From: the human T2T-CHM13v2.0 reference genome, Homo sapiens | Length of the DNA stretch: 64,000 nt | Strand: one strand, 5' to 3' | Assembly: GCF_009914755.1 (NCBI RefSeq) | Contig: NC_060936.1 | Shown here: positions 1-13,739 of the stretch, piece after piece | Layout: every line of letters begins with the position of its first letter | How positions within the stretch are numbered: position 1 is the stretch's first letter | The notes under the pieces: model-generated | Seen by the model: the letters and a program-made list of their open reading frames with translations, nothing else | What the model was told of the DNA's origin: nothing | The model's database searches: none | Position numbers and translations under genes: made by a program

Positions 1-601
1 TCCTAACTCTATCACAGCAGGGTTCAACAGAGTAGCTTTCTCCTATGCTAAACAAATGATTTTTTGAGATTTCTTTTCCACTCACTAAGCTTCCAGTACT
101 ATCTAAGTTTGCCAAATATCTCAAAGGAATTAAAGATCTAATTTAAGAGAAGATGGCAAGTGCCTTCTCAAAGAAACCGGGAGTACCCATCCTTAATGGT
201 AAGAGTGACAAAGGAGGAAGCAGCAGTGGCCCATTTCCTCAGCCTCACTGAGCAGCATCTATGAAAAATGAGCTCAGCTGTTAACAGCCCGGGAGGGACT
301 GCTATCTACCACATCACAGTCAGTTGAGAAGAACAGGATGTTCTGAGTACAGCATGAACCTCAAAGCTAGAGTCAAAAACCATATTTCCCAGGCAAGTGT
401 TTACCTTTGTCTTCAATCTTCAAGAGAGAACGTTTCTGTTCTATGAAGAGTTAAGAAAACCCTGCCTGAGAAAGGAGCAGTGCAGAACTGATACACCTCT
501 TTATTTTCACCTTATTAATGAAAAGAAAGCTCACTCTGGGTTGATAACAACATACCAATATAGGAAGAGTGCCAAAGTAACCCTGGCACTCTTCCTATAT
601 T

Positions 602-1560
602 CTTTTTTTTTATTATTGTATTTTAAGTTCTGGGATACCTGTGCAGAATGTGCAGGTTTGTTACATAGGTATACAAGTGCCGTGGTGGTTTGTTGCACCC
701 ATCAACCTGCCATCTACATTAGGTATTTCTCCTAATGCTATCCCTCCCCTGGAACCCCCACCCAATGTCAGGCCCCAGTGTGTGATGTTCCCCTCCCTGT
801 GTCCATGTGTTCTCATTGTTCAACTCCCAATTATGAGTGAGAACATGCAGTGTTTGGTTTTCTGTTCCTGTATTAGTTGGCTGAGAATGATGGTTTCCAG
901 CTTCATCCATGTCCCTGCAAAGGACATGAACTCATCCTTTTTGTGGCTACATAGTATTCCATGGTGTATATGTGCCACATTTTCTTTATCCAGTCTATCA
1001 TTGATGGGCATTTGGGTTGGTTCCAAGTCTTTGCTATTGTGAATAGTGCTGCAATAAACATACGTGTGCATGTGTCTTTATAGTAGAATGATTTATAATC
1101 CTTTGGGTATATACCCAGTAATGGGATAGCTGTGTCAAATGGTATTTCTGGTTCTAGGTCCTTGAGGAATCATCATACTGTCTTCCACAATGGTTGAACA
1201 GGCACCCTACAGAATGGGAGAAAATTTTTGCAATCTATCCATCTGACAAAGAGCTAATATCCAAAATCTACAAGGAATTTAAACAGATTTACAAGAGAAA
1301 AACAAACAACCCCATCAAAAAGCAGGCGAAGGATATGAACAGACACATCTCAAAGGAGGACATTTATGTGGCCAATAAACCTATGAAAAAAAGCTCATCA
1401 TCACTGGTCATTAGAGAAATGTAAATCAAAACCACAATTAGATACCATTTCACGCCAGTTATAATGGTGATCATTAAAAAATCAGGAAACAACAGATGCT
1501 GGAGAAGATGTGGAGAAATAGGAATGCTTTTACACTGTTGGTGGGAGTGTGCATTAGTTC
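602..1560 (-). mobile_element. 5'-truncated, 5'-inverted L1PA (L1PA7/8-like) retrotransposon
   Basis: Poly(T) tail then the L1 3'UTR/ORF2 end on the minus strand (602-1198), joined to a plus-strand ORF2 piece (1195-1560; [21 protein letters not shown]). TSD tcttcctatattctt 590-604 / tcttccttgattctt 1559-1573. Confidence 0.95.
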
Positions 1561-1939
1561 TTCCTTGATTCTTAAAGGAACCATGCTTAATCTCCAGGTC
1601 TACTTGTTTACAGCTGAAGTGAGCCCCCAAGCAGTTATAGATTAAATTAGTTTGCATCAGGTAAATTGGTTTCCACCAAACTGAATGAAGGCACAGAAGC
1701 TGGTTGGGATTCTTCTGTTAAACATTGTCTAGTCTCGGAAAGCAAAAAATAATAATAATGAAAGGAGGCACTAACAAGGAAATGAAGTAAGTTTAATGCC
1801 TAAAAATAGCCATGCTTAGTAAATACTCATTTCTCATCCTCAGTGAGTCCCTTTGTAAACTGCAGTTAAAAATGAAGGCTTAAGATGTGCAATCCAGGAG
1901 CTGTCAGGCCTAACTTCTATCAAGTATCACTGCTTAGTT

Positions 1940-2160
1940 GATAGCTGGTTGAGCATAGAATTTTAGAATCAGACATATCTGGTTTTCATCTGGGTCTACT
2001 TCTACTCATCAAGGGATCTTATGAAAGTGAATTAACCTTTCTGAACCTGTTTCCTTTCTTAAAAAGAACTATTGTGATAATTAAATAAGAGAATGCATAT
2101 AAAGGTTGTATACAAGTTTTGTCACTTAAGACATACTCAGTAAGTATTATTATTATTACT
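1940..2160 (+). mobile_element. MIR SINE
   Basis: tggttgagcatagaattttagaatcagacatatctgg...taacctttctgaacctgtttcct...catactcagtaagtattattatt resembles the MIR consensus. Confidence 0.75.
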
Positions 2161-2167
2161 AAATCAG

Positions 2168-2725
2168 TATATTAATCAGGACTCAATTGATTGTAAGTAA
2201 AACCGATCTCAGTCAAACTGACCTAAACATAAAAGGAAAATTGTTGCCCCACATGATTGAAAACTTCAACGGCAAGTTAGATTCAGGCACATATGGACCT
2301 GGGCACTGAAATGAAGCCCCAGGTCTTGATGCTCACCCGAATCTTTTTCCCCACCTTCTTCCATCTTGTGCCTTTGTTTTGCTGTTTTGCCTTCATTCTT
2401 CTGCAGCCTTTTTTCAGAACAATTCTACACTTATATTTTCCCACCTGAGAAACCTTGGCCCTATCAAAAGCTCGCTCTCTATACCTCATTTATTGGATCA
2501 TATGCCCTTCCATCTCTGACCAATCACTGTGGCAGAGAGATAGAGAGGAAGAGAGAGAGGGAGAACTCAAACTGACCAAGCTTGAGTCGTGTGCTCAACC
2601 TGGAGCTGGAGGGTGATGCCAGCCACACTAAACCCACAGAATTGAAAAAGGGAGAAGGGAGTGACCCGAAGAAGATAAGGGGGGCCTGTTACTCAAGAAA
2701 GAGAGCATGAATGCCAAGCAGATAT
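2168..2725 (-). mobile_element. old MaLR LTR (MLT1K/L-like)
   Basis: taatcaggactcaattgattgtaagtaaaacc...tcaaactgacctaaac start and tgaccaatcactgtggcagaga resemble MLT1 consensus segments; heavily diverged. Confidence 0.55.
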
Positions 2726-3319
2726 ACTTGCAGTCCAAAACTTAACTTTTGTTTTCTTAAAGATAGTTGCCAAGAAACAGATGAAATGCAAACTTCACCT
2801 TCAAACTGAGAGAACAAGGTCTGCAAAGATGGAACAACTTCTCCCTTCTAAGGTGAAAGAAATAGGAATATTGGATTCATAACCCCTTAAGATGTTGACT
2901 TGCCATAGGTATCACCAAAGGACGTTCCAAGAATAGAAATGTTCTTGATGTCAAGCTAAAGTTTACATGTAGCTGGCCCTTTTTGGTCACCACATATGGT
3001 TTGGGCACGTATTTATTTTGATTCATTTTGACTCTTTTAAATATGTTTTATCTGTATTTTATGTTGAAAATATATCTATCTAACTGCTTTCTTTTTATAT
3101 GGCCCTAACCATGTCTCACTCAGAAATAGTGTCCCTTCATTCTAATGTGACTTCTTCCTAGTGTTTCACCATGCGGTGAATGAAGAGGGGTGCTGGAAAT
3201 GTCCCCAGATGTTCTAACATACTTGCCAAAGCTGATTACAGCATTTTTGTTTAATTAAAACAAACTTACATGACATATTTCTTTTCATAAAGGTAGTTTT
3301 TGTTTAATTGTAGAAAAGT

Positions 3320-3440
3320 TAGAAGATACAAATAAGGGAAAACAAGGAGAAGAAGGGAGAGAGGGAGACATGAATGAAGAAAGAGAAGAAGAAAGGAGGG
3401 AGGGAGGAAGGGAAAGAGAAAAGAAGACTTGCAGAGAAAA
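3320..3440 (+). repeat. purine-rich (GA/GAA/GGA) low-complexity tract
   Basis: Nearly pure A/G run, e.g. aagagaagaagaaaggagggagggaggaagggaaagagaaaagaag. Confidence 0.8.
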
Positions 3441-3556
3441 CTTATCATCCCCAGAGAAGCCATCATTAGCATCTAAATGTTCAGCTTTTCAAAGCCCCCA
3501 CCCCTTTTTTTTAACTATATATGGTGGGGTTATTTTTACAAAAATGTGATCATAGT

Positions 3557-3848
3557 CTTTTTTTTATTTTTATTTATTTATTTTTTTTGAGGCACGGGGC
3601 TGGCTCTGTTTCTCAGACTGGAGTGCAGTGGCTTCCTGCAGCCTTGAACTTCTGGGCTCAAGCAATCCTCCCACTTCAGCCTCCAGAGTATGTGGGACTA
3701 CAGGTGCATGCTGCCACCACACCTAGTTCTTTTTTTTTAGTAGAGACAGAGTCTGCCCAGGCTGTTATCAAACTCCTGGGCTCAAGTGATCCTCTCGCCT
3801 TGGCCAACCAAAGTGCTGGGATTACAGGTATGAACCATTGCACCTGGC
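3557..3848 (-). mobile_element. AluJ-type SINE
   Basis: T-rich tail, ggagtgcagtgg, aaagtgctgggattacagg; TSD-like tgatcatagtcttt / tgaatcatactttt. Confidence 0.92.
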
Positions 3849-3930
3849 TGAATCATACTTTTATAACTTGCTTGTTCCACTACTCCATATATCTAAATTA
3901 TTAAATATTATTTCTACTAAATTCTTAATA

Positions 3931-4090
3931 CTAGGAGTTCTTAACCTTTGAGTGATAGACAGGTTCCTGTTTAAATCTCTTTATATTACATGAAAATGTT
4001 GAGCATATGGAGATTTTTCTAGGGAGATGGTTCACAGCTTTTATTGAGCTCCCCAAGGGTGCCCACAATCAAAAATTTTTAAGGCCACTG
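3931..4090. mobile_element. hAT-Charlie-type MER DNA transposon relic
   Basis: Ends taggagttcttaacct...ttttaaggccactg; internal cacagcttttattgagctccccaagggtgcccac. Confidence 0.5.
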
Positions 4091-4249
4091 TTTTACACCC
4101 TCATTTTAAATGGTAAAAATAGATATATCTGGAAGAGATATAAACAGACACATATCATGATTTTTTTAACCAAATTCTTGTTACACATTTAATTCCATCC
4201 CACTTTTGAACTATTATAAACAATATGCAGTGAACTTAGCTTTTAAAGC

Positions 4250-4800
4250 TTTAACTACATAACTATTTCCCGTGATACTGGCAGAAATGACATTGCTGGG
4301 AATTTTTTCAGTGTGAAGTAACACAGATTGACAAATTGTCACAGCACTTAACAAGTGACTTTTTACACCATAGAACCCACCTTGTTCAGATACTACAGCT
4401 AGAACTGTATCATGAGAGAGCCACCCTCCTGCACATACTGCAGGAAGGAGCAACATTTCCTGCATTTGTTTGGTTTTGTTACCGACTTGCCGCCCTGCCT
4501 GCCACTTTGAGGCACAGTTGCAGCGCCTCTGTTTACATTTTTGGAGGACACGTGGACAAGCCCAGGCAAAGCCGAACAGCACACGGTACATCAATCACAC
4601 AAGGAACATCTGCTGATTCCCTTGGGGGAAACAGAATGATTCCGAGAGTTGGGGCACTGCCAACGGGAAATTCACACAGATGAAAGCAACAGAATTCATG
4701 CTTGCAGTTTCAAGGGGGTGGAGGAAGGAGGAGAAAGAGAGTGGGTAAGCAGCAAGGTGAAATACAGGGTTCCCCCCCGAGTCTCACTTGTTACATATGA
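4250..4800. promoter_or_regulatory. candidate enhancer or alternative promoter
   Basis: Repeat-free and retains CpGs. FOX TGTTTAC 4530-4536, E-box CACGTG 4549-4554, NFI-like TTGGGGCACTGCCAA 4649-4663, NF-kB-like GGGAAATTCA ~4665. Confidence 0.45.
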
Positions 4801-6884
4801 AAAGGTTTAAATCAGTGTTTTAAAATATCGGAACTGGAAGTTGTGAAAGCAAAACTATTCTTTGGTTTCAGATGTATTTTCATCTAGAGACCTTATTAAG
4901 GAATTTGCTAGAATAGTTTTAGTGACCCAAAAATAAATATTGATTGGTTCTGTATGTATTTATAAAAGTATACCTGGTCTGGGGGATCTGAGGCTACTGG
5001 ATCATAAGAGAGTACAATGAAACCAGAGTGTGCTAACCTGCACATCTTGAAGGACTAACATCTTCCAGGTTTGCTGTTGTTTACGTGCTGCCTGTGAAAA
5101 GCAGAGTTTTGAGTGTTTTCAGCACCAAAGTCCCCTCAAAGCAAAAGAACAAAACCATCAAGATGTTATTGGTAATTCATAATCTGAAGCTGAGCATATA
5201 AGAATTTGTCTTTTTTAATTGTGGATACATTGAATTTGGGCTCCCAAATGGTGTTCTTATGATTTCAGTTTTTCTCTCAGAGAAAATACTGTACCAACAA
5301 GCCCTGTCAGAAGTCACCTCCAAATGCATGGAATACCAGGAATGACCCCTCCCTTCCTTCAGATCTGATATTTCCTTGGCAAGCACTTTTTCTCAGACTA
5401 TCTTGCCATCGAATTTCTATACCGCCTCAAGATGACACTTTGTCTAGCAAAAAGTGATGCAAAGCTCTTTTGCAAAAGCCCCTCAAATTAATACACCTTA
5501 CATATTTTCACTAATAAAACTTTCCTTGGAAGCCCCATATGTGTAATTATGCTTTCACAGATGTAAACAACTAAAACACAAGAAGATTAAATGATCTCTC
5601 TGAGATGACCTAGCAAATCATCCACCAAATGCATGATGTCTGACAACTTATGACATACAAATGCTTACACTGACAACTCGCCCTCATCCTTGTTTCTGTG
5701 CAGAAAAATAAGGGAAATCGTTTACTGGCCCAGAAGACCTCACGATGGCAAATTCAATCAGATCCTCATTAACCAGATCAAAATGAGGCCTGACAGAGTC
5801 TTCATTAGATCTACAAAATCCTGTTCGTTTTAGCTCTGAGTCTCCTGACTTGTCCGTGTCATCATAAATTGGTTGTTTTGAAGTCAGAGAGGACAAAGTG
5901 CTTGCAGATGATGGTCACCCTGCCTGACCTATAAGGACAAGGTTCTGTTAGAAAAAATGAAACAGTGCAGCAGTGGCAAGGCCTGGCCAAAGAAATAGGT
6001 TTGCTAACCGGCAAGAAACAGAGAAAAGAAAAACCCAGTTATTTAAAAATACTGACCAAAATACTAACAACTACAAAGACATTGTCCCAGTCCCATCACG
6101 GAAACCAATGTAAACTTCTCTTGTGAAGCTGAATTACAGGTCACTTAAGTTCTATTACATACATTTTACATTCCCAGTCAGAAAAATGGCATCCTCTATA
6201 TCTGAAAAAATTCATCTAACCCCAGATGAAGTCTTCTTTTTTTTTTTATAATGGAATTAAATTCTGTCACTTTTTTTAGCAGTGGTGCCAGCGAGACCAG
6301 CCACTGAAATAAGCAGAGTTAATGGCCATTGAGTTAACGGACTTGAGAGGGGCCAAAAAGCCGGCTTGCCAATGTGCCCGTGGCTTCCACCATAAAGTCA
6401 CTCCAATGAATGGGGCACTGCATTTCCAAAATTCTCCTGTCACAAATGCTAATGTTGACCTATCACAGTGCCCAGGCCATCACAGACACTCAATGTTTAT
6501 TGAATGAATAAAAGAATGATTGTTGCCTGTGAATGATAATAAGTTTTGATTATATTGGTTAGATTCTATTCCAAAAATATGTAAGTATCTGGAACATATT
6601 AACTCACTTGCTCTCACTATATGTGGTTATGAAATAGGTTCTCAGATTGGCCCTTTGCCAACAAGCCCAAGCCAGCTCTTAAAGAAATGGAACACTGGAA
6701 AGGAAAGCGTGGGACAGAGGCAATGAGATATGAGAAGGAGGGACTGGGAAGATCCTGAGGTTTGGCAGAGAAAGAAGCAACTTGATAGGTTAACTCATAT
6801 CCGTGGCTTCCAGCACACTGTGGAGACCCATACCAATCTCCCAGAGGCCTAGAGGAAGAGTTTTACCATCCAAAGGAACTACTG

Positions 6885-7125
6885 ATTAGTGGTTAAGCAC
6901 ACAAATTCAGGAGTTCAAATTCCTGCTCTCCTACTTCCTAGATGTATGACTCGGTGCAAAGTATTTAACTTCTGTCTGCCTTAGATATTGTTGCCCTGAA
7001 ATGAGCGTCAGAATAACTCTCTCCTTGGGCCTTGTGAGGAATAAGATAATACACATAAAGCCCACAGAAGAGTGCTGGCCTGGCCTAGGAAGCACTCAGT
7101 TAATGCTAATTTTTATTCTTATCAT
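6885..7125 (+). mobile_element. MIR SINE
   Basis: tagtggttaagcacac...gttcaaattcctgctctcctacttcctagatgtatgac...gcactcagttaatgcta. Confidence 0.8.
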
Positions 7126-7367
7126 TAATATCTCCACCTTATACTATCTCTAAGTAAGACAGTAGGGGTGAGCAATTTATCTCATACCATCACAGCTTCT
7201 ACAAATACATAATAGAGAAGTTGGCTAACTGCGTCAACAGCGGTTGCCTCCTGTTAGTATATGTATCTCTGCATGAAGGAGATAGATATGTGCTTTTCAC
7301 ATTTATGCTCCTGCTATGGGTAAATTACTAGACCTTTCCTTGCCTCAGATGATGAATAGAAAAATTA

Positions 7368-7718
<351 letters not shown>

Positions 7719-8579
7719 GTTAGATTATTTAATTCCTAGACATAATCTAGAACAGTACCAAGTAGATAACAAGCATGGTCAATATTATTTCATATGGATG
7801 TGGGGGGTAGAGGTATGAGTGTGTGTTCCTCACAGTTTTTCTAAGGATGAGTACGATCTTGATAACCAATTTTCAATTTTAAAAAATCTGGGAACACATA
7901 GGTATTTACCCAAAACAGTTCTTTCACAGTATGGAGGACAGGTGCCACTGACATGATAAGGTGACAGAGACTTTGTTTCCTCAGCTTTGTGTTCCCCCTG
8001 AACTGGTCTGAGTAAAAAATCCATGCCCAAATCCGGGCTCTGGGGCGAAACCACTGTTTAATTCAGCAGCAGCGATTAAGGTCACCTAAAAAGATTATTG
8101 AAAGCATGATGCTAGCACTCATTACAGAGGGCTAGGGTTGATCCCTGGGTTAGCAGTCCTCACTTCCTGTGCTGCCCTGGGCATCAGTCTAGAATCACAC
8201 ACTCTGCATCCAACCTCAATTCCCTCAGTGGCCCCTAAGGGAGAGACTAATCTGCCATTTATTTCCAAATCGGTGAAATGGAAGGGCTATTTCTAACTCT
8301 GGGAAAGTGCATTGGTAGGAATGAGGCAATAAGCAGAGGAAACAAGTTTTGGGGGCTCTTTCCTCTGAATTTTAAAGTCAGAGTTTCCTGTGTAAGCAAA
8401 GCCGGGATTCTTTTTTCTCATTTAAGCCTACGCACCTACTGCGCACAACTTTGAAACTCAGAATGATTGTTCATAGCATAGTTCTGTAAAATAAATATAC
8501 ACATATAGATCCGTAAGATTCTAGGGGTGGGCAATGTATTCCTTACCCTTCCAACTTCTACAGATACACAATAGGTAAG

Positions 8580-8900
8580 TTGTGTAACTGCCTCAGCAGC
8601 TGTTTCCTATGCTTGGAATATGCGCGTCTGGATGAAGGAAAAAGACATGTGCATTTCACATAGAAACTCAGCGCAGTCCCCAAGTTAGGGAAATGGCAGT
8701 GCTGTGTAATAGCAATGAGCAGAGAAATGTCTGCTCATTGATATGTAAATGACAATAGCAGGCATTCTGCTGTGTTGAAGGAATCCCATGACTGGTTTGA
8801 CCACAAGCAGGTTATTAAAGTGAAACAAGGCTATTTTGTCCATTATGAAAAGCACTGTCCTTTCCCAGTGAGTGGCACATTCAGGGCTATTTACATTTCA
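8580..8900. promoter_or_regulatory. candidate enhancer with SOX-OCT composite motif
   Basis: Repeat-free. CATTGATATGTAAAT 8736-8750, further CAAT sites, RUNX-like TGACCACA ~8799. Confidence 0.35.
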
Positions 8901-9219
8901 ACAACCAACAATACATCAATATAAATACTCCTTTAAATCCACTTTCTTTTTCGAAGAACAGTAGCTGTTCAAAATCATGCGGTTACACAAGAATCTGAAT
9001 CAAGCAGAAATAATTAAAAATCCAACATTCAGTCAATTCTATATATATTAAATCATTCATAAGTAAAGTCTTTCAAAGCCCTGGAGTAGAATTAAGAGAA
9101 ATCTCATTTTGTAATCCTGGAAACTGAGGTTCAACTGTTATAGCCGGTAGCTATGTGTATTAAGTATTATTATGTAATCTATTTATTATTGTATTTACTA
9201 TATGATAAAAATACTGTAT

Positions 9220-9430
9220 GTGAGTACTTACTATTGAGATAGGCATATTCCATGTATGACATTATTTAATCTTCACCATGAACCCGTGAGGCAAATACCA
9301 TTATAATCTGCACTTTAAAAATAAACAAACTGAGGCTTGAAGAAGTTCAGTAACTTGCCCCAAACCAGACACCCAGTATATGGAAGATTCAGGTTTCTTA
9401 ACCAGGATTCTGATCTGCACTGCAGTGGTG
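9220..9430 (-). mobile_element. MIR SINE
   Basis: atttaatcttcaccatgaacccgtgagg...aaactgaggcttgaagaagttcagtaacttgccc. Confidence 0.8.
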
Positions 9431-9515
9431 TTCTTAACTGTCACCCACACCTCCTCTCCACAGAGATTCAATAATAGAAAGTGGATTTCAGCTAGTAAAC
9501 TATCTTGGGCACTCA

Positions 9516-9743
<228 letters not shown>

Positions 9744-10038
9744 TTAACTTTCATTTACAAATCATTGTGAAAAATCCAGTTATCCATAATAAATTCTACC
9801 ATCCATTCATTTTTGCATCCAACAAATATTTATTGAGCAGTTAATAAGTGTGAGGCACATGTCAGAACCTGGGGTTAGAGCAGTGAACCAGACAGACATG
9901 GCCCCAACTCCACTTAATTTACAGTCTACTGGGGGAGAAAAACATTAAAAAATAATCATTCAATACAATTGTGACAACCGTATGTAGGAGAAAAAGACCT
10001 CAAGGCAAGGAAAACCAATGAAAGAAAGACCAACTTAG

Positions 10039-10353
<315 letters not shown>

Positions 10354-12795
10354 TAAAAACACTAAAAGGTATTTATTGGTCACTAAGAACAGTGTCAGAT
10401 GCAGTTTGATCAAAGCTCTGGCTTTGTTTCTTAAAGACTCTAACTGTCCTTCCAAATTATATGTTGGTTTCAGTCCTTTGGTTTCTATCATACTATGTCT
10501 ACCAACAACAACTAGAGCTTTTTTGTTCACATTCAGACAGAGTTCCCTTTTTATGCTGATTAAGCCTCCCCCAAACCAGTCCTTCTAACCAGTGGATGCC
10601 TAAACCAATCAATGTGGTAAGGAAAATTAAATTTGTATACTTTTGTATCCTAGGGTGGATCCATTTCATCCAAACATATGGCTGCTAGGCATAGATGTGA
10701 TGTATATTGAAGAGGCAACCACACTTTCCATGTCAAAGAGAAAACTACTCTGGTCAAACAGAAAAATGTGTGCAAATAATCTTAGGCAGTAAGATTAAAA
10801 GTTTGAATATCTAACATAAGCCCAGTGTGAAAAACAGAAAATAAAGAGGAGAATGATATGAGATAAGTTTGCATGGTCAGAGAGGGGTCAGATTATGCAG
10901 GAGCTTGAAGCCCATGTTAAAAATTTTGGACATTTATCTCAGGTTAATGGAGAGCTTTTGTTGTATGTTATGATCAAGTCTATATATTAAAAGCATTCCT
11001 ATATAGAAGAAATGAATTATCAAAAATGCATATTATATATCTTATACATATATGTATATAAACTATTTCTGAAAAATATACAATCAACTGGTAAATGTGG
11101 TTGCTTATAGGAAGAGATCCTTGAGAAATAAAGAGCTGACTTAGTAGAGAGACCTACTTATCATTGTGCTCACTTTTGAATTTGGCTTTATTTTTTAACT
11201 ATATTCATGCGTTGTTTTTAAATTTTAAAAAGTAGTAAATTGTTTGAAGTGATTATCCTGTCCACAGAGAGAAAAATTAGAGGTGGGAAAGAGTGCAGGG
11301 AAGCCAGTTAGGAGACTACTGCAGCTGGCCATGCAGGAGATGGTGGTGGCTTGGCTTTGTATGGTACAGAAACAGGATTTGAGCCCAGGTCGTCTGAAGC
11401 TGAAGTTCCTGCCTTTCACCACCACTATAGCTAACAAACCTTGTATTTCAATGGAAGGCACACACAGGTGGGGCAGGAAATGACTACAGAGCCAGTTATT
11501 TCTGAGCATGAGATGCAATATGGTGAGGAGGCCTGAGAAAAAGCCAGAGCCAAAGGAATGGTTATAACAGGATGATGGGAGCCTGGGGAAAGGGAGCAAA
11601 TTTTCATTTGTGCAGAGGTGCAAACTTATTTGATTTACCTGAGCTACTGATATCCCCAGTTGTAACATTATGCAAATGTAACACCTCTAAAAATGAGACA
11701 CTGCATTCGAATTGAACTCTTGAGATTCAAGATTGTCAAATGGAATGAGAGCCTTGAAACCCCTTTAGCAGCCAGACCACACTGGGCAAGAAAATGGAAA
11801 GTTGCAGTCTCCTCTCACTCTGCAGCCTGACGTCATGAGCTTCACTTAGTCTGTGCTGGGTATAGGTAAGCTGAATAGCATGCAATAAGCAAGCACTAGT
11901 AAGTAAGGAGAGGATTACCAAGGAAATGAATAAATGTCAGGGGAAGTTTGAGTGATGACTATACACAATTAACAAAATATAAAATGCAAGGTTCTGGAAA
12001 ATTCTAGCAATTGCATTAACTAGCTAACACAGGAGAACAGCTGGTAACATACCAGCTTCATCGAGTTGAGTTGTACCTTTGTAGAATCATCGAGTGACCA
12101 TTTGGGAAATTCCCAATTGTTTAAAATATGAGAATTGACTACCTTGATGGGATATCAGGTGGGTATTCATATGTCCAGAAATCATATTTTTATACTATAT
12201 TTGGAAGCCTGGGTATTTTTCTGTTTTATCTGTTGCCTTCCAAGGGCTATAGGAAAGGGGACATTAGATGAAGTGATGGGTCTCACCTTGAAGAGACAAT
12301 GGAATTAATGTAAGATAGAATTAGAACGCAGAGAATAGAAGACATGAATTCAAGACTTAGGAGAAGAAGCATAAGAGATAAGTAAGGACCAGTGAGATGA
12401 TGACTTCACTTAAATACTACTCTCCCACTAGTAAGACTTTCCTGACTAATTTGGCCCCAGGATAATTATGCCATTCTGTATCCCATTTCTCCTGGGCTTG
12501 GCTACACTAATGGACAGAGTAATGTGACTAACAGATTGCACGACGACCTATTTCAATCACATGCTTGTTTTTCCTTCCTCTGGGCTTTCTCTGTGATTCC
12601 CTCAACAGGGAACTCTATTTATGATGTTATTTCCATTTCACTAAGCTTAATTCTCCCTATCTGCAATTCACCTCCTTTATAAGGTTCTGTTCTTATCTCT
12701 CAAACTGGATGCAATCACTCCTTTTGAACCTCTTACCATTTCATGATACTTTCCTTGTCTCATTTATGGGTACAGTGCAACTTAGTGGTAACAAA

Positions 12796-13017
12796 CATTT
12801 AGAGCTGGATAGGATCTGCCCCAATGTTCTCATTGAATAAATAAGGAACTTGAGTACCAGAGCAGACAAACGAGTTGTCCTAAGCTACACAGTAGCATAG
12901 CTCATACCAGGACATGTATCTCCTGATTTGGGGCTCTCTTGTCCTCTGATGGAAATGTTGGGGTTCTCTGCCACATTGTTACGTGCAACCAGCCCACTCA
13001 TTTTTACTTCTATGAAT
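12796..13017 (+). repeat. local direct duplication, copy 1 (partner 14858-15408)
   Basis: Shares ggataggatctg, aataaataaggaa, cagacaaac, gggttctctgcca and ttctatgaat collinearly with copy 2. Confidence 0.85.
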
Positions 13018-13316
13018 AGAAACTGGGAAAGTGGGTTTAAACTTTTAATCAAGTATCAAACATTTACTACCTACTACTACCTACTACCTACTACTACATT
13101 TACTACCTACTACTAAACTATGACTTTACTCTTTCTGCAACTCTATTTCCTCATCTGTAAAATGGTGATAGTCATGTCATGTACCTCACAGTGTTATTGT
13201 GAGGAATAAATTGATATATATATAGAGAGATAGATATAGATATCTATCAGCTTGGGGCAAACCATAAGCTCTCTGTAGAAACTGGTTATTATGACTACTA
13301 CAACTGTACATAATAG

Positions 13317-13658
13317 TTTTTTTTGTTTTTTGGGTGTTTTTTGTTTTTTGTTTTTTATGTTTGTTTTTTGAGATGGAGTCTCGCTCTGTTGCCCAGGCTG
13401 GAGTGCAGTGGCACAATCTTGGCTCACTGCAAGCTCTGCCTCCTGGGTTCATGCCATTCTCCTGCCTCAGCTTCCTGAGTAGCTGGGACTACAGGCATCT
13501 GCCACCAACCCCGGCTAATTTTTTGTATTTTTAGTAGAGATGGGGTTTCACCATGTTAGCTAGGATGTTCTCAATCTCCTGACCTCGTGATCTACCCGCC
13601 TCGACCTCCCAAAGTGTTTACACTTTGGGATTACAGGCGTGAAGCACTGCGCCCGGCC
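13317..13658 (-). mobile_element. AluY/Sc-type SINE
   Basis: Full dimer; gcaagctctgcc, ctgacctcgtgatc. Confidence 0.95.
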
Positions 13659-13739
13659 AGTTATTGGTATATTTGTTGTATATTTTATTTAGATTATATG
13701 CATTTTAAATTATCTGTCTAACTCAGCTTGTTGTACATA

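Noticed and set aside
4214-4683. Overlapping 126-aa and 115-aa ORFs in unique DNA
   Set aside because: No recognisable domain or protein; these lengths are expected by chance. Kept only as a regulatory or first-exon candidate.
8436-8483. Possible minus-strand cassette exon (ttattttacag|...|gtaggt or gtgcgt)
   Set aside because: Weak pyrimidine tract and donors, no recognisable peptide; needs RNA evidence.
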